Part shown: one piece after another, positions 34,640 to 43,839 of the stretch
How the letters are laid out: each line of letters starts with the position of its first letter
Position numbering within the stretch: position 1 is the stretch's first letter
Assembly (NCBI GenBank): GCA_963701855.1
Contig: CAVPBK010000003.1
Coordinates: forward strand, 1 to 64,000
DNA from: Nitrospirota bacterium
GTDB lineage: Bacteria; Nitrospirota; Nitrospiria; Nitrospirales; Nitrospiraceae
Reading direction: 5' to 3'
DNA: 64,000 nucleotides
Translations under genes and position numbers: made by a program
The notes under the pieces: model-generated
The model's input: the letters and a program-made list of their open reading frames with translations, nothing else
Told to the model about the DNA's origin: nothing
Database searches by the model: none

Positions 34640-36376
34640 ATGGCAATCGTTACAGTAAAAGCCTACTCCGAGAACACATCAGACTTCAAAATAACCAGAA
34701 ATGAAATCCTGATTTCCATAGTTCAAGAGAATGTTTGGTCCACACAATTTGATCTTCGTATCCCAACGCCTAATGAAGACACGAATCGTATTCAGGTCAC
34801 CTGCTTGTTTTGTGCTGAAGAAGCATACTTCCTTAGCCATGATCGCCAAATACTTCCTTTATCTTCTAAGGCATCACCTCCCTTTCCTGTAGGTTGTATT
34901 CTTTGGTTACAAGAAGGGGATATGCTGTGCCAAATTGATTTGCCTAAATATCCATATTTGAGGCTGTGCAAACAAGGAAACCAGGTCACTGCTACGTTTG
35001 TAATTCAAGATAGATTGGGTTCAGGGCTTATTCTCTGGGGCGACTCTAAGATTAGAAAACCTCCTATTATTAAGAAACAAATCCACATTAGGGCAAACAG
35101 ACTCAGATCACTTCAGGAAGCTGCTTGGCTTGAACCATATCCGAACGGTGCGCGTTCTGTTATTTGTTTAACTGACCACCCAGATTTTGATACCGTTCCA
35201 AAACTTCGCCTACAACACGAGCTTTTTTCTGAAAACAGTTTTCGTATTACAAAGGGGGTATTCCCTAGCAGTGATTATGGGTCAGGTAAAATGGAGCCTG
35301 GTTTAGATGTCCCTGAATATAAAAACTACATTGACAAGATGTATGAAAGCGGCTCTGAAATAGCCTACCATGGTCTAAGTCCACGGAAAAATCTTCCCTC
35401 ACTCTCGGAGTGTTTGCGTAGAATTCAAATGATGAGCATGTATTCTCCAAAAACATGGATTGATCACGGGTGTGGAGCGTACCTATTTTCAAGAGATGCT
35501 GTTTTTAAAGAAGGGGACGGCTTGTTGGACATATTAAGTAAAGCCGGAATTGAAAACTACTGGTCCTATACCGATGTTTGGGAAAATCCGGTACGGCATT
35601 TAGATGTTTGGGAGCATAGAAAAGTATTCAGCGCCTTCTCAAATTTCTTGTCGTTCTTGTGGGACACAGAGCGCGTGAGCGCCCCGCTGATGGCTTACTA
35701 TGGCAGTTCTGTATATAAGAACTTGTTAAGCCCTAACCATTTACATCATATAAAAGAGCCGTGGAGAATGGGTGCATGGAAACTTGTTGCTGAGCATAAT
35801 CGCCGCCTAAAGTATTATCATGAAAATCCAATGGTTCTTTATGATTTAAGCGGACAATCTAGTCTCATGAGCGATCAGAGCATATGGGTTTTTGATACAG
35901 TGCTGCTCAATCATTTAGCGTTTCAACTGAGGCCTGCGAATATTGATTTACTATGCCAGCAGAATGGCTTGTTAGTGGCCCATTGTTACTTTGGTCATCA
36001 AAGAAATAGATATGGGACAATGAACTGTTTTGTTAACGATGGCAATCAGCTATCACTGATTCCGGAATTTATTGAAGCTGTTAAGAATATCTCGGAAAAG
36101 CAAAGTCAAAGGGAGTTAGTTACGTTACCTTTTAATGCATTGCGTAATGCATTAACCAATTTCGTCAATGCATCATTAATACGTACTTCAAGTGGCTGGG
36201 AAATAAAGGCCATCAATGCAATTGTAGTCAGCCAAAATTCTATACCAATCCTGGAACCAATTAGGCAATGGTGCAAAGGGAAATTGTATTACGCGGAAGT
36301 AGAAGGGCAATCAGTACTTCCGATGCCAGTTCAAGGTATTCATCATGATGACCGCATACCGGTGGCGATTCAGTAG
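34640..36376 (+). CDS. AT-rich protein with a polysaccharide-deacetylase/NodB-like central domain
   Basis: 578-aa ORF with AAGGAG RBS; YPNGARSVICLTDHPD, EIAYHG and WIDHG motifs; visibly lower GC than its flanks. Confidence 0.6.
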   Translation: MAIVTVKAYSENTSDFKITRNEILISIVQENVWSTQFDLRIPTPNEDTNRIQVTCLFCAEEAYFLSHDRQILPLSSKASPPFPVGCILWLQEGDMLCQIDLPKYPYLRLCKQGNQVTATFVIQDRLGSGLILWGDSKIRKPPIIKKQIHIRANRLRSLQEAAWLEPYPNGARSVICLTDHPDFDTVPKLRLQHELFSENSFRITKGVFPSSDYGSGKMEPGLDVPEYKNYIDKMYESGSEIAYHGLSPRKNLPSLSECLRRIQMMSMYSPKTWIDHGCGAYLFSRDAVFKEGDGLLDILSKAGIENYWSYTDVWENPVRHLDVWEHRKVFSAFSNFLSFLWDTERVSAPLMAYYGSSVYKNLLSPNHLHHIKEPWRMGAWKLVAEHNRRLKYYHENPMVLYDLSGQSSLMSDQSIWVFDTVLLNHLAFQLRPANIDLLCQQNGLLVAHCYFGHQRNRYGTMNCFVNDGNQLSLIPEFIEAVKNISEKQSQRELVTLPFNALRNALTNFVNASLIRTSSGWEIKAINAIVVSQNSIPILEPIRQWCKGKLYYAEVEGQSVLPMPVQGIHHDDRIPVAIQ

Positions 36377-36393
36377 CGGACAAACTCCGCGGG

Positions 36394-36411
36394 CTTGACG
36401 GGGGAGCTTAC
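36394..36411. repeat. Isolated copy of the IS-end-like repeat
   Basis: cttgacgggggagcttac is a 17/18 inverted match to 34512-34529. Confidence 0.6.
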
Positions 36412-36460
36412 GATCGGAGGGGTACTCTGAAGAAAAAACCGAAAAAGACGGGGAACGACG

Positions 36461-39193
36461 TTAGGGACTAGGATTGAGGATGACTCTGAAGATGCGGTGG
36501 TTAGATTCGCCATAGTTGCCATTTGCCACATAGATATACCCATCCTGCCCCAGCACATTCAATCCGTGCATGACCGCGATCAACGCACCATTTCCACCGG
36601 GGTAGGCGATCGTATGACTGGAGAGGGCTGTCAACTCTGCTCCACCAAGCACGATTCGATGAAGTTGGCCGAAGTTGTAATCGGCGAACAGTAAGTTGTT
36701 GTAATATTGCGCCGGATAGGCGGAATCTTCTCTGATTGTGACGATCCCGGTTGGCGCAATGGTGGGGGTGGTGGAGGTGCCGAAGGTGATGATAGGATCA
36801 ATCCACCGTGGATCATTGCAAATTCCTAGACAAAGAGGGTATCCATAATTCCCGCCGGCAATGATCCTATTAATCTGATCATCAGTGGTATCACCGTTCT
36901 CGGTCTGCCACAAGTCATTCGTATGGGGATGGAACGTGAACCCGAAGCTATTGCGATGGCCATAACTGTAGATCGCGGAGAAAGGATACAGAAGATTATT
37001 CGGAGGATTAATGAAGGGATTGTCGGACGGAATTCCTCCATTCGGATTGATCCGCAACATTTTTCCTCTAAGCGTACTCAAGCTCTGTGAATCCCTTACT
37101 TCGTTGTCCCCTACAAAAATATAAAGCATTCTGTCCTGGCCGAACTGGAGAATGCCTCCGTTGTGAGGGTTGCCGGCAGGAATGTTGCCAAGAATCACTG
37201 TGGGCGGATCGCTTGTGGCCACAGTATATCCATTCGAATCAGTTGTGGCAGTTAACCGAACCACTCGGTTCTTCGGACCGGATGCGGTGGTGTAGTACAC
37301 ATACACATAGTGGTTATCGCTGAAACCGGGATCGACTGCGATGCCGAGCAACCCCTTTTCAACCCCGGTCACAAAATCATCCTTAGTGGAGGTGAAAGTG
37401 TAAAACGGTACAGATTGCAACTTCCACGGAGGCGTGGCGGTCGGCGTGACCACCTGGATATTACCGGTAATTAGTTCAGTCACAAAGATCCGTCCGTCCG
37501 GAGCCGTGGCCATCGCGACCGGGAAATTCAAGCCGCTCGCAACTTCTAGGAGGGAAAAATTTCCGCTCGTCTCAGTCGCGATGGTAAAATTAAGAGTTTT
37601 CTGCGTTGTTGGCAACTCTATATCCGATTGATCCACCAGCACGAATTTGACCTGATGAGAACCGGATGCTAAGGCATTGAGTTGAATTGAACTGCCGGAC
37701 TTCCAATGCACGGCGTGGGTATGACCGTACTGCTGGGTATTGGGGTCCGGATAACGAACCCCGCTCGTATCGCCAATTTCGGTGATCACTGGTCCATCGT
37801 AGAATTTGTAGATGGCGCGGTCATCGTCGACGTAGAAATGCATCCGTGGCTGAGTGGCCGAGTGCGGTACTGGAGAATTCTGAATATTGAACGAGACCGG
37901 CACAGGCCCGGGCGGCAAGGGAGCCCCTTGGGCAGGACTATTGATGGTCAATGTTGGAGGAGCAGGTTGAGCCTGAATGCTGATGTTCAGGATGGGCGGG
38001 TTGGCCTCCGCGTTCTGCAGGTCAATGTGACTAGAAGTGGCAAGAACAAGTCGAATCGAATGGCAACCGCTTGGGAGGTCGGTAATCTCGAACGAACTGT
38101 TGCTCAGCCAGGTGATGTTGGTAACAGGCTGTCCGCTGTTATCAAGTACCTTTTTGGTGTCTCCGTTGAAGAAGTGGTTCGTGGTGGTTCCGCCGTCCAG
38201 ATAGATATGGAGATGAGGGGCCCCCTGACCTCCGATCGTAGAATCCTGGGCTGTAAACGACACGTCGACAGGGTCCAATGGCAATGAAGCTCCCTGTGAT
38301 GGGCTCGTGATGGTCAACGGCGGAAAGGGAAACGAGGAGGCGAGGATCGTGATCGGCACCGAGTCGGGCGTGGCCTCCTTGTTAACAAATTCGTTATCTG
38401 AGGCAGTGGCTAACCTCACAGTGACTTGATGTGTGCCAGGAGACAATCCGTTCAGTCGAAACGAAGTGGGACTTTGCCATTGAACATCGGGGGTGGGTTG
38501 TCTGTTGTCGTCTACCACCTTGTTGGATTGTCCGTTGTTGCATTGTCCGTTGAAGAAATGGCGAGTTGCTCCCCCATCCACCGTGATGTGGAGGTGCTGC
38601 TGCCCCTGTCCTCCGACGACGAAGTGCTGAACAGCGAACTCTACGATAACCGAAAACGATCCGAGATCCGGATCGGTGGGAGTCGTGACCGTGAGGGTGG
38701 CCGGCGGCGGCTCGCTTCCTAAAAGCGAAACTAAAAGATCTTCAACGCCCAAGATCACATTAAGAAGCGGGTTCTGGGGCGTCGCTCTCCCGCTACTCAT
38801 CGTGACGGCTCCCAAATCAAGAGATCCCGCCGTCTGCATAGTGAACACGTTTGTCGGTGGATTCCCACCATAGAGAGGGAACGTCTGGCCTGCGCTAAAG
38901 AAGACAATCTCGACCGGAAGCCCGACCGGAATATTTGAGAGAGCAAATGGGAACGGAGGAGGGCCGGGTAGAGGCGCGGTATCAAATTGAGAAATGAGGG
39001 CCTTCGTGTCGGCCCGTAACACCTTGATGACGGTCCCGGAGACCGTCCCGGTGACGGTTGTGGAACCAGTAGCTGGCGCAAGGGGAGTGGGGGTACTTCC
39101 TCCACTAGACCCGCCGCCGCTGCATGAACTCAGAGCAAGCAGGAGTGTGGCGCAGGTCAAGAGCTTACTGAACAAGTTGGTCAATACCTTCAT
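36461..39193 (-). CDS. Lipoprotein with three repeated His-motif beta domains and a C-terminal glucose/sorbosone (PQQ-type) dehydrogenase propeller
   Basis: LSSC lipobox; HLHITVDGG, HLHIYLDGG and MHFYVDDD repeats; EKGLLGIAVDP, HNGG, GKMLRIN, YSYGHRN and GGNYGYP motifs. Confidence 0.85.
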   Translation of the reverse strand: MKVLTNLFSKLLTCATLLLALSSCSGGGSSGGSTPTPLAPATGSTTVTGTVSGTVIKVLRADTKALISQFDTAPLPGPPPFPFALSNIPVGLPVEIVFFSAGQTFPLYGGNPPTNVFTMQTAGSLDLGAVTMSSGRATPQNPLLNVILGVEDLLVSLLGSEPPPATLTVTTPTDPDLGSFSVIVEFAVQHFVVGGQGQQHLHITVDGGATRHFFNGQCNNGQSNKVVDDNRQPTPDVQWQSPTSFRLNGLSPGTHQVTVRLATASDNEFVNKEATPDSVPITILASSFPFPPLTITSPSQGASLPLDPVDVSFTAQDSTIGGQGAPHLHIYLDGGTTTNHFFNGDTKKVLDNSGQPVTNITWLSNSSFEITDLPSGCHSIRLVLATSSHIDLQNAEANPPILNISIQAQPAPPTLTINSPAQGAPLPPGPVPVSFNIQNSPVPHSATQPRMHFYVDDDRAIYKFYDGPVITEIGDTSGVRYPDPNTQQYGHTHAVHWKSGSSIQLNALASGSHQVKFVLVDQSDIELPTTQKTLNFTIATETSGNFSLLEVASGLNFPVAMATAPDGRIFVTELITGNIQVVTPTATPPWKLQSVPFYTFTSTKDDFVTGVEKGLLGIAVDPGFSDNHYVYVYYTTASGPKNRVVRLTATTDSNGYTVATSDPPTVILGNIPAGNPHNGGILQFGQDRMLYIFVGDNEVRDSQSLSTLRGKMLRINPNGGIPSDNPFINPPNNLLYPFSAIYSYGHRNSFGFTFHPHTNDLWQTENGDTTDDQINRIIAGGNYGYPLCLGICNDPRWIDPIITFGTSTTPTIAPTGIVTIREDSAYPAQYYNNLLFADYNFGQLHRIVLGGAELTALSSHTIAYPGGNGALIAVMHGLNVLGQDGYIYVANGNYGESNHRIFRVILNPSP

Positions 39194-39420
39194 AGGCTAT
39201 GAGTGAGGTTCTTTCTGGTTCGCGGCGAGCCGACACTCTGAGGCCTCCGCCCCTTTCCTCATGCGATTTTGACGGCGATGATGCCCTATTGTGCTCTAGC
39301 AAAACAACCCCGCATAAGCGGGACGGATACCTCATACAGGGGGAGTGGTATCTCATAAGTGCATGGGATATCTATCATATTATTTATTCTTGGTGCATCA
39401 GAGGGGGCTGTTGGAGGGAA

Positions 39421-39613
39421 CTAGGAGCCTGTCCGACAGTGACCGTTCTACTGTGGCAAATGATCTGTGACCATCTGCGTCGTTCTCGCCAGAAAAAATC
39501 CTCAACGCATCGTATTCCAGCGAATACACTTCCTGTTTTTCCTGGCCTTGCACCGCTCATATGGCCGCACCTCCTTTTCCTCGTCACGATGGCAATGTAG
39601 GACAGGCTCCTAG
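39421..39613. mobile_element. MITE-like element with CTAGGAGCCTGTCC termini
   Basis: ctaggagcctgtccgacagtgac...ggcaatgtaggacaggctcctag; 14-bp perfect, ~23-bp imperfect terminal inverted repeat. Confidence 0.65.
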
Positions 39614-40230
39614 GGCAGTTTCAAGTGCCGCATGCAACTGATGGTCTCCGCCGATAGCTGTGTCTGCCCTGCGTCGTATTCCGGGCAGCCTCGCGGCCAC
39701 AATGCTGAGGGCTCGTCCCGATACCGCGGCTATCGTTCAGAACGCATCGCCGTGGGCCAGCTCCAGGCTCAGGGTCTTGCGTGCTTCGACGTTCAAGTGC
39801 CTGTCGTATTTTTTGGCATGGCAACACCAGAGCTTACTAAGCCCTGCAGTATTGCGCGTGGAGTTAGAGCTTAAGCCTCCTAAGCCTCGTACACTCCCTC
39901 TAAAGAGGGGCTGGTCGATGGAACCGATGAAGGGTACTCTAGTGACATGTGATCCTGGAAAGGCCCGGGATGTGCTCTCCGAACCGAACCTTCTCGTATT
40001 ATTATTAAGGAGCGTCAACCATATTCTCGAATCCTTAGTCAACACTTTTGCTGCTCCTCCGGTGGCGCCAGGGAGGAATGTGCGAAAACCTTTCGTGAAT
40101 GTGTCTGGTTGTATGAGAATTCCTGGTTCGTCCGATCGTACATAGCTCTCATTAAGAGTATTGGACTGGCATACGCATGAGTGACAGAGTTGCACAAGCA
40201 GTCGAACGTTGGACCGAGGAGGACAGACCC

Positions 40231-40572
40231 ATGTCGGACCCACTGCAGGTAGCTCCACCCCCGATTGCCTCCGAGCCTGTCGTCGACATCACGATGCTGG
40301 ATCGGACCATCCTATGGCCCAGCCCTGATGTGCAGGGCACAAGCATGGAGGGCGAGACGGTGCTGTTGGATCTCAGTACCGGGCGGTACTACACCCTGAA
40401 CCGGTTGGGGAGCGTCATATGGGACCACTGTACCGGCCACAACACCGTCAGTGACATTCATGCGGTCCTGTGCGACCGCTTTGAGGTCTCTCCTGATCGG
40501 GCCCTGGACGATCTCATTGCCCTGATCAACCAATTGGTCAAGGAGGGGCTACTTCAACAGGAAAGGAGGTGA
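40231..40572 (+). CDS. PqqD-family RiPP recognition element (lasso B1-like)
   Basis: GAGGAGG RBS before ATG 40231; GETVLLDLSTGRYYTLNRLGSVIW...L..EGLL motif. Confidence 0.9.
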   Translation: MSDPLQVAPPPIASEPVVDITMLDRTILWPSPDVQGTSMEGETVLLDLSTGRYYTLNRLGSVIWDHCTGHNTVSDIHAVLCDRFEVSPDRALDDLIALINQLVKEGLLQQERR

Positions 40573-40578
40573 GAAAGA

Positions 40579-40722
40579 GTGAATGAAAAGAAAGAGGTGT
40601 ATGTCCAGCCAGTGCTCGTAACGCATGAGTTGCTGCGGGACATCACTGCGAAGGCTTCTGGCGGTCATCATGGGAACTTCTCGTTTGGCCGTTTGTTTGG
40701 TTTTTTCCATGGCCATCGCTAG
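40579..40722 (+). CDS. RiPP precursor peptide, 47 aa, with a lasso-type leader
   Basis: AGGAGGT RBS 8 nt before GTG. Translation MNEKKEVYVQPVLVTHELLRDITA-KASGGHHGNFSFGRLFGFFHGHR, with YxxPxL and Thr at -2. Below the ORF-track size cutoff. Confidence 0.88.
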   Translation: MNEKKEVYVQPVLVTHELLRDITAKASGGHHGNFSFGRLFGFFHGHR

Positions 40723-40735
40723 ATAAGTCAGCATG

Positions 40736-40772
40736 GGCTGGTCGATTCATAAGAATCGGCCAGCCGTTTTTC
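40736..40772 (+). terminator. Hairpin / intrinsic terminator after the precursor gene
   Basis: ggctggtcgattc-ataa-gaatcggccagcc followed by gtttttc. Confidence 0.75.
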
Positions 40773-40819
40773 TCACGAGACGTGACGGCGTAGGTGACAA
40801 TCATCAGTGGGGGAACAGT

Positions 40820-41857
40820 ATGACGATGACCGTGGTCGAAAAGCCTATGGCCGAGTCTCTATTTTCCCTCTACGGCACGGCGGTGAGATATGCCACGGCG
40901 TCGCCCTTGTTGGCCGCACCGGTGAATGAGTTTCTGAGGCATTTTCGGCGGGACTCCCTTGAGGAGTCAGCCTCTTTCACCTTGTGCTTCCAGGCTGTGC
41001 AGGAACGAGCGGACATTCCGCTGACGATATCTTCATCGGCGCGTCAATTATCTTCCGGAACGGGTGCAGCGGTCGGGGATCGGCGGGAGACCGGGTTGCC
41101 CTACGAGGTGATTCAAGATGGTGGGCGGTTGATTGCGGACTTTTTCGATGCCGGAGTCCTGGTGATGGATGGCGAGCAGGGCAAGGCTGACGGCTATCTG
41201 ATCAAGCCGGAGACCATGCACGCGAGCTTGATCGAATATTTCTTTCACCTCGCCTTGATCGAACTCTTACGACGCCGTGGGCTCTATACGATTCATGCGA
41301 CTGCGCTGGAGAAACATGGCCGTGGAGTCTTGATTCCAGGGAATAGCGGCCGCGGCAAGACGACGTCCTTTATCTCGCTACTCCGCTCGGGCTATCGATA
41401 TCTCTCGGATGATCTTCCGTTGATTCGAGATGCCGGGAGGCATGTGGAGGTGCTCCCCTTTCCCACCAAGATTAACGTCACCGAAGCGACGATCGCCTTT
41501 TTCCCGGAACTCCTGGATGCGCCTGATCACGTGCTTCATCCCGGTTCGCCCAAGCGGTCTTTTCATGCCGAGGATCTGTATCCGACCTCGGTGGGCGACC
41601 GCTGTCAGCCGGCCATCATGCTGTTCCCCCATGTCGTCGATGCCCCTCACAGTCACCTTGAGCTCCTCCCCAAGAGCCGGGCCCTGGAAGTCCTCCTCCC
41701 ACAGGCATTGCTGGTCTATGATCCAGAGGTGGCTAGACGAGAATTTCAAGTCTTAGCGAGCCTGGTGCAGCAGGTGGACTGTTACCGCTTGCATTTTGGC
41801 CACGATATCCTCGACTTGCCGAAGTTGATCACGCCGCTGCTAGAGCAACGAAGATGA
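40820..41857 (+). CDS. HprK-related (RiPP-modifying) kinase
   Basis: IHATA, Walker A GNSGRGKTT and YLSDD motifs. Start moved to ATG 40820 (GGGGGA RBS, downstream of the hairpin). Confidence 0.85.
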   Translation: MTMTVVEKPMAESLFSLYGTAVRYATASPLLAAPVNEFLRHFRRDSLEESASFTLCFQAVQERADIPLTISSSARQLSSGTGAAVGDRRETGLPYEVIQDGGRLIADFFDAGVLVMDGEQGKADGYLIKPETMHASLIEYFFHLALIELLRRRGLYTIHATALEKHGRGVLIPGNSGRGKTTSFISLLRSGYRYLSDDLPLIRDAGRHVEVLPFPTKINVTEATIAFFPELLDAPDHVLHPGSPKRSFHAEDLYPTSVGDRCQPAIMLFPHVVDAPHSHLELLPKSRALEVLLPQALLVYDPEVARREFQVLASLVQQVDCYRLHFGHDILDLPKLITPLLEQRR

Positions 41858-43077
41858 TAGCGACCAGGCAGTTCTCATTGCGACCGGAATCGGAGCTCTT
41901 GGTCTGGTGTGCCCGTACGGTCGTGACCGATGAGCTCAAGGTCCGTATCCAGCAGAGAGTGCAAGAGCCGCTTGACTGGGAATATGTCCTCAACCTGGCT
42001 CAATATCATGGTGTGGGCCCCCTGTTGTATCGGAATCTGTCCACACTTTGTTCCGATCTCGTGCCTGCCGAATCGTTGACTCAGTTACGCCAGAGGACAC
42101 AAGCCGGTGCCTTGCTCAACCGGTTGCTCGTCCAGGAACTCGTCGTCTTATGCGACGCGTTTGTCGCGCAGGGAGTGCCGGTCATGCCCATTAAAGGGGC
42201 GACCCTGGCGTCCTCAGTCTATGGCGATCTGACGCTTCGCGACTTTAGCGACATGGACCTGCTCATTCCCAAAGGCTCCATTGCAGAAGCGCACGCCATC
42301 TTGTTGGCGCGGGGCTATGAGAGGAAAGACCCTTCTTCTGATCCTGGTGAGAGGGACCATGAGGATGGGCCTTACCATGTGTTTATCAAGAAGCGCACGC
42401 TCTTTCGTGTCGATCTCCAGTGGGTGATGGCAGGTGAGCACTTTGCGTTTCAGTTGGATCGTCCCGAGTTCTGGCAGCGCCGAACGGCTGTTCCGCTTGC
42501 GAACAAGACGGTACAAGGACTGACCCCGGAAGATCTATTGATCGTCCTGTGTGTCCATGGGTCGAAGCATGCATGGGACTCGCTCAAATGGGTATGCGAT
42601 GTCGCCGAGCTGCTTCGTGCACACAACCAACTGGACTGGGATCGGATCTCCTCGAGCGCATCGAGGTGGCGCTGCCGACGCCTGCTGTCTATGGGGTTGT
42701 CGCTCGCACATCTGGTGTTGGATGCCCCACTACCCAAGACGGTTCGCGCGCGGCTCTCCGCCGACTCAGATGTGCAGATGCTGTCCCACCGTATGCCATT
42801 CACTCTCCTGGCAGATCGTCGTGCCGGCGTGAATGAGGCACAGGCAGTTGCGCTCTATTTCACGTTGAAAGATTCGTGGTGGGAGCGTTGGCGGTTTGGC
42901 CTGATGCTGTGTCGTGACCAGAGTCCTATGGTCACAACCCCTCCAGCCTGGTTTCGCTGGCGCATCTCCCTTCCGCGTCTTGCTCGGCTCGTTCTCCCCC
43001 TTCACCGGACCATGAGGAGTCTGTTTCCCTCCACGATTCGGGGCGCTATCAATCGTTGGGTCGAGCACGGTGGTTAG
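41854..43077 (+). CDS. Nucleotidyltransferase family protein (NTP_transf_5 type)
   Basis: PIKGATLASSVY..LR.FSDMDLL, VDLQW and HGSKH..LKW.CD motifs; ATGA overlap with the kinase. Confidence 0.85.
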   Translation: MIATRQFSLRPESELLVWCARTVVTDELKVRIQQRVQEPLDWEYVLNLAQYHGVGPLLYRNLSTLCSDLVPAESLTQLRQRTQAGALLNRLLVQELVVLCDAFVAQGVPVMPIKGATLASSVYGDLTLRDFSDMDLLIPKGSIAEAHAILLARGYERKDPSSDPGERDHEDGPYHVFIKKRTLFRVDLQWVMAGEHFAFQLDRPEFWQRRTAVPLANKTVQGLTPEDLLIVLCVHGSKHAWDSLKWVCDVAELLRAHNQLDWDRISSSASRWRCRRLLSMGLSLAHLVLDAPLPKTVRARLSADSDVQMLSHRMPFTLLADRRAGVNEAQAVALYFTLKDSWWERWRFGLMLCRDQSPMVTTPPAWFRWRISLPRLARLVLPLHRTMRSLFPSTIRGAINRWVEHGG

Positions 43078-43353
43078 TCATCTTCTGGTTTGAACCTTCT
43101 GGGAAGCCCATCTGTCGAGTCCCACACAGAAAATGGTTCGGATCTGCTGCGTCACTCGCTATGGTCTGCATTGTCTTTAATTGCTCTGCCGAAGAAATTG
43201 GAAATACATCACGGCCGACAGCCATGCCTCGTGGGTCGCGACGGGAGGTTGGGCGCCTCCCATGGCGCACCAGGATTATCAGAGCGCGTGGTCTTGGATT
43301 TGGAAACGGCGGATGCTGGAATTCTCATTGAGGCTTGCTACACTGAACGCACT

Positions 43354-43824
43354 ATGATCCGATTCGTAAAAAAGTATTGGACCCTGCTGCGCGCAGGCCT
43401 GGTAGTGTCGTGGATTCGTCTCTTGTTGCGGGTCAAGAGTTTGCCACTGGTGCTGGACCGATTAAATCCTCGCTCGACAATGGAAAGACCCGACGAGGCA
43501 GTGATGGGGGATCTGGTCTGCTATGTAGATCGCTGGCTTCAACTGTTTCCCTATAACAAAAAGGGGAATTGCTTCCCACGGTCGCTGGCTCTCTATTGGT
43601 TCGCCAGGCGATTGGGGTATCCGGTTCTCTTTCATTGTGGTGTAAGAAAAGAAGCCTCGAATCTCGATGGCCATGCGTGGCTCACATTGGATGGCCAGCC
43701 TTTTCACGAGACGGGCCAGCATTGGCAACGGTTCACCGTTACCTTTTCGCATCCTCAGGATCCGACAGTTGGGACGCAGGCCTCTGCCCTCCGGCGTCAG
43801 AACAACAGGACGACGATGTCCTGA
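43354..43824 (+). CDS. Lasso B2-type leader peptidase (transglutaminase-like)
   Basis: NCFPRSLAL (catalytic Cys), GV..GHAWL (His); probable start MIRFVKKYW. Confidence 0.88.
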   Translation: MIRFVKKYWTLLRAGLVVSWIRLLLRVKSLPLVLDRLNPRSTMERPDEAVMGDLVCYVDRWLQLFPYNKKGNCFPRSLALYWFARRLGYPVLFHCGVRKEASNLDGHAWLTLDGQPFHETGQHWQRFTVTFSHPQDPTVGTQASALRRQNNRTTMS

Positions 43825-43839
43825 CGAGGCATTCATCAC

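Noticed and set aside
39660..40145. 160/161-aa ORF upstream of the RRE gene, and its antisense 173-aa ORF
   Set aside because: No recognisable RBS or motif and atypical composition. Presence in both arms is uninformative because the arms are near-copies. Treated as intergenic.
36461..40722. PQQ biosynthesis locus (PqqD-like gene beside a PQQ-type dehydrogenase)
   Set aside because: No pqqB, pqqC or pqqE, and the peptide lacks the PqqA E-x-x-x-Y core motif.
43090..43353. N-terminal extension of the B2 peptidase given in the ORF track
   Set aside because: The arms have different indels and starts in this stretch; the B2 domain begins at ATG 43354.
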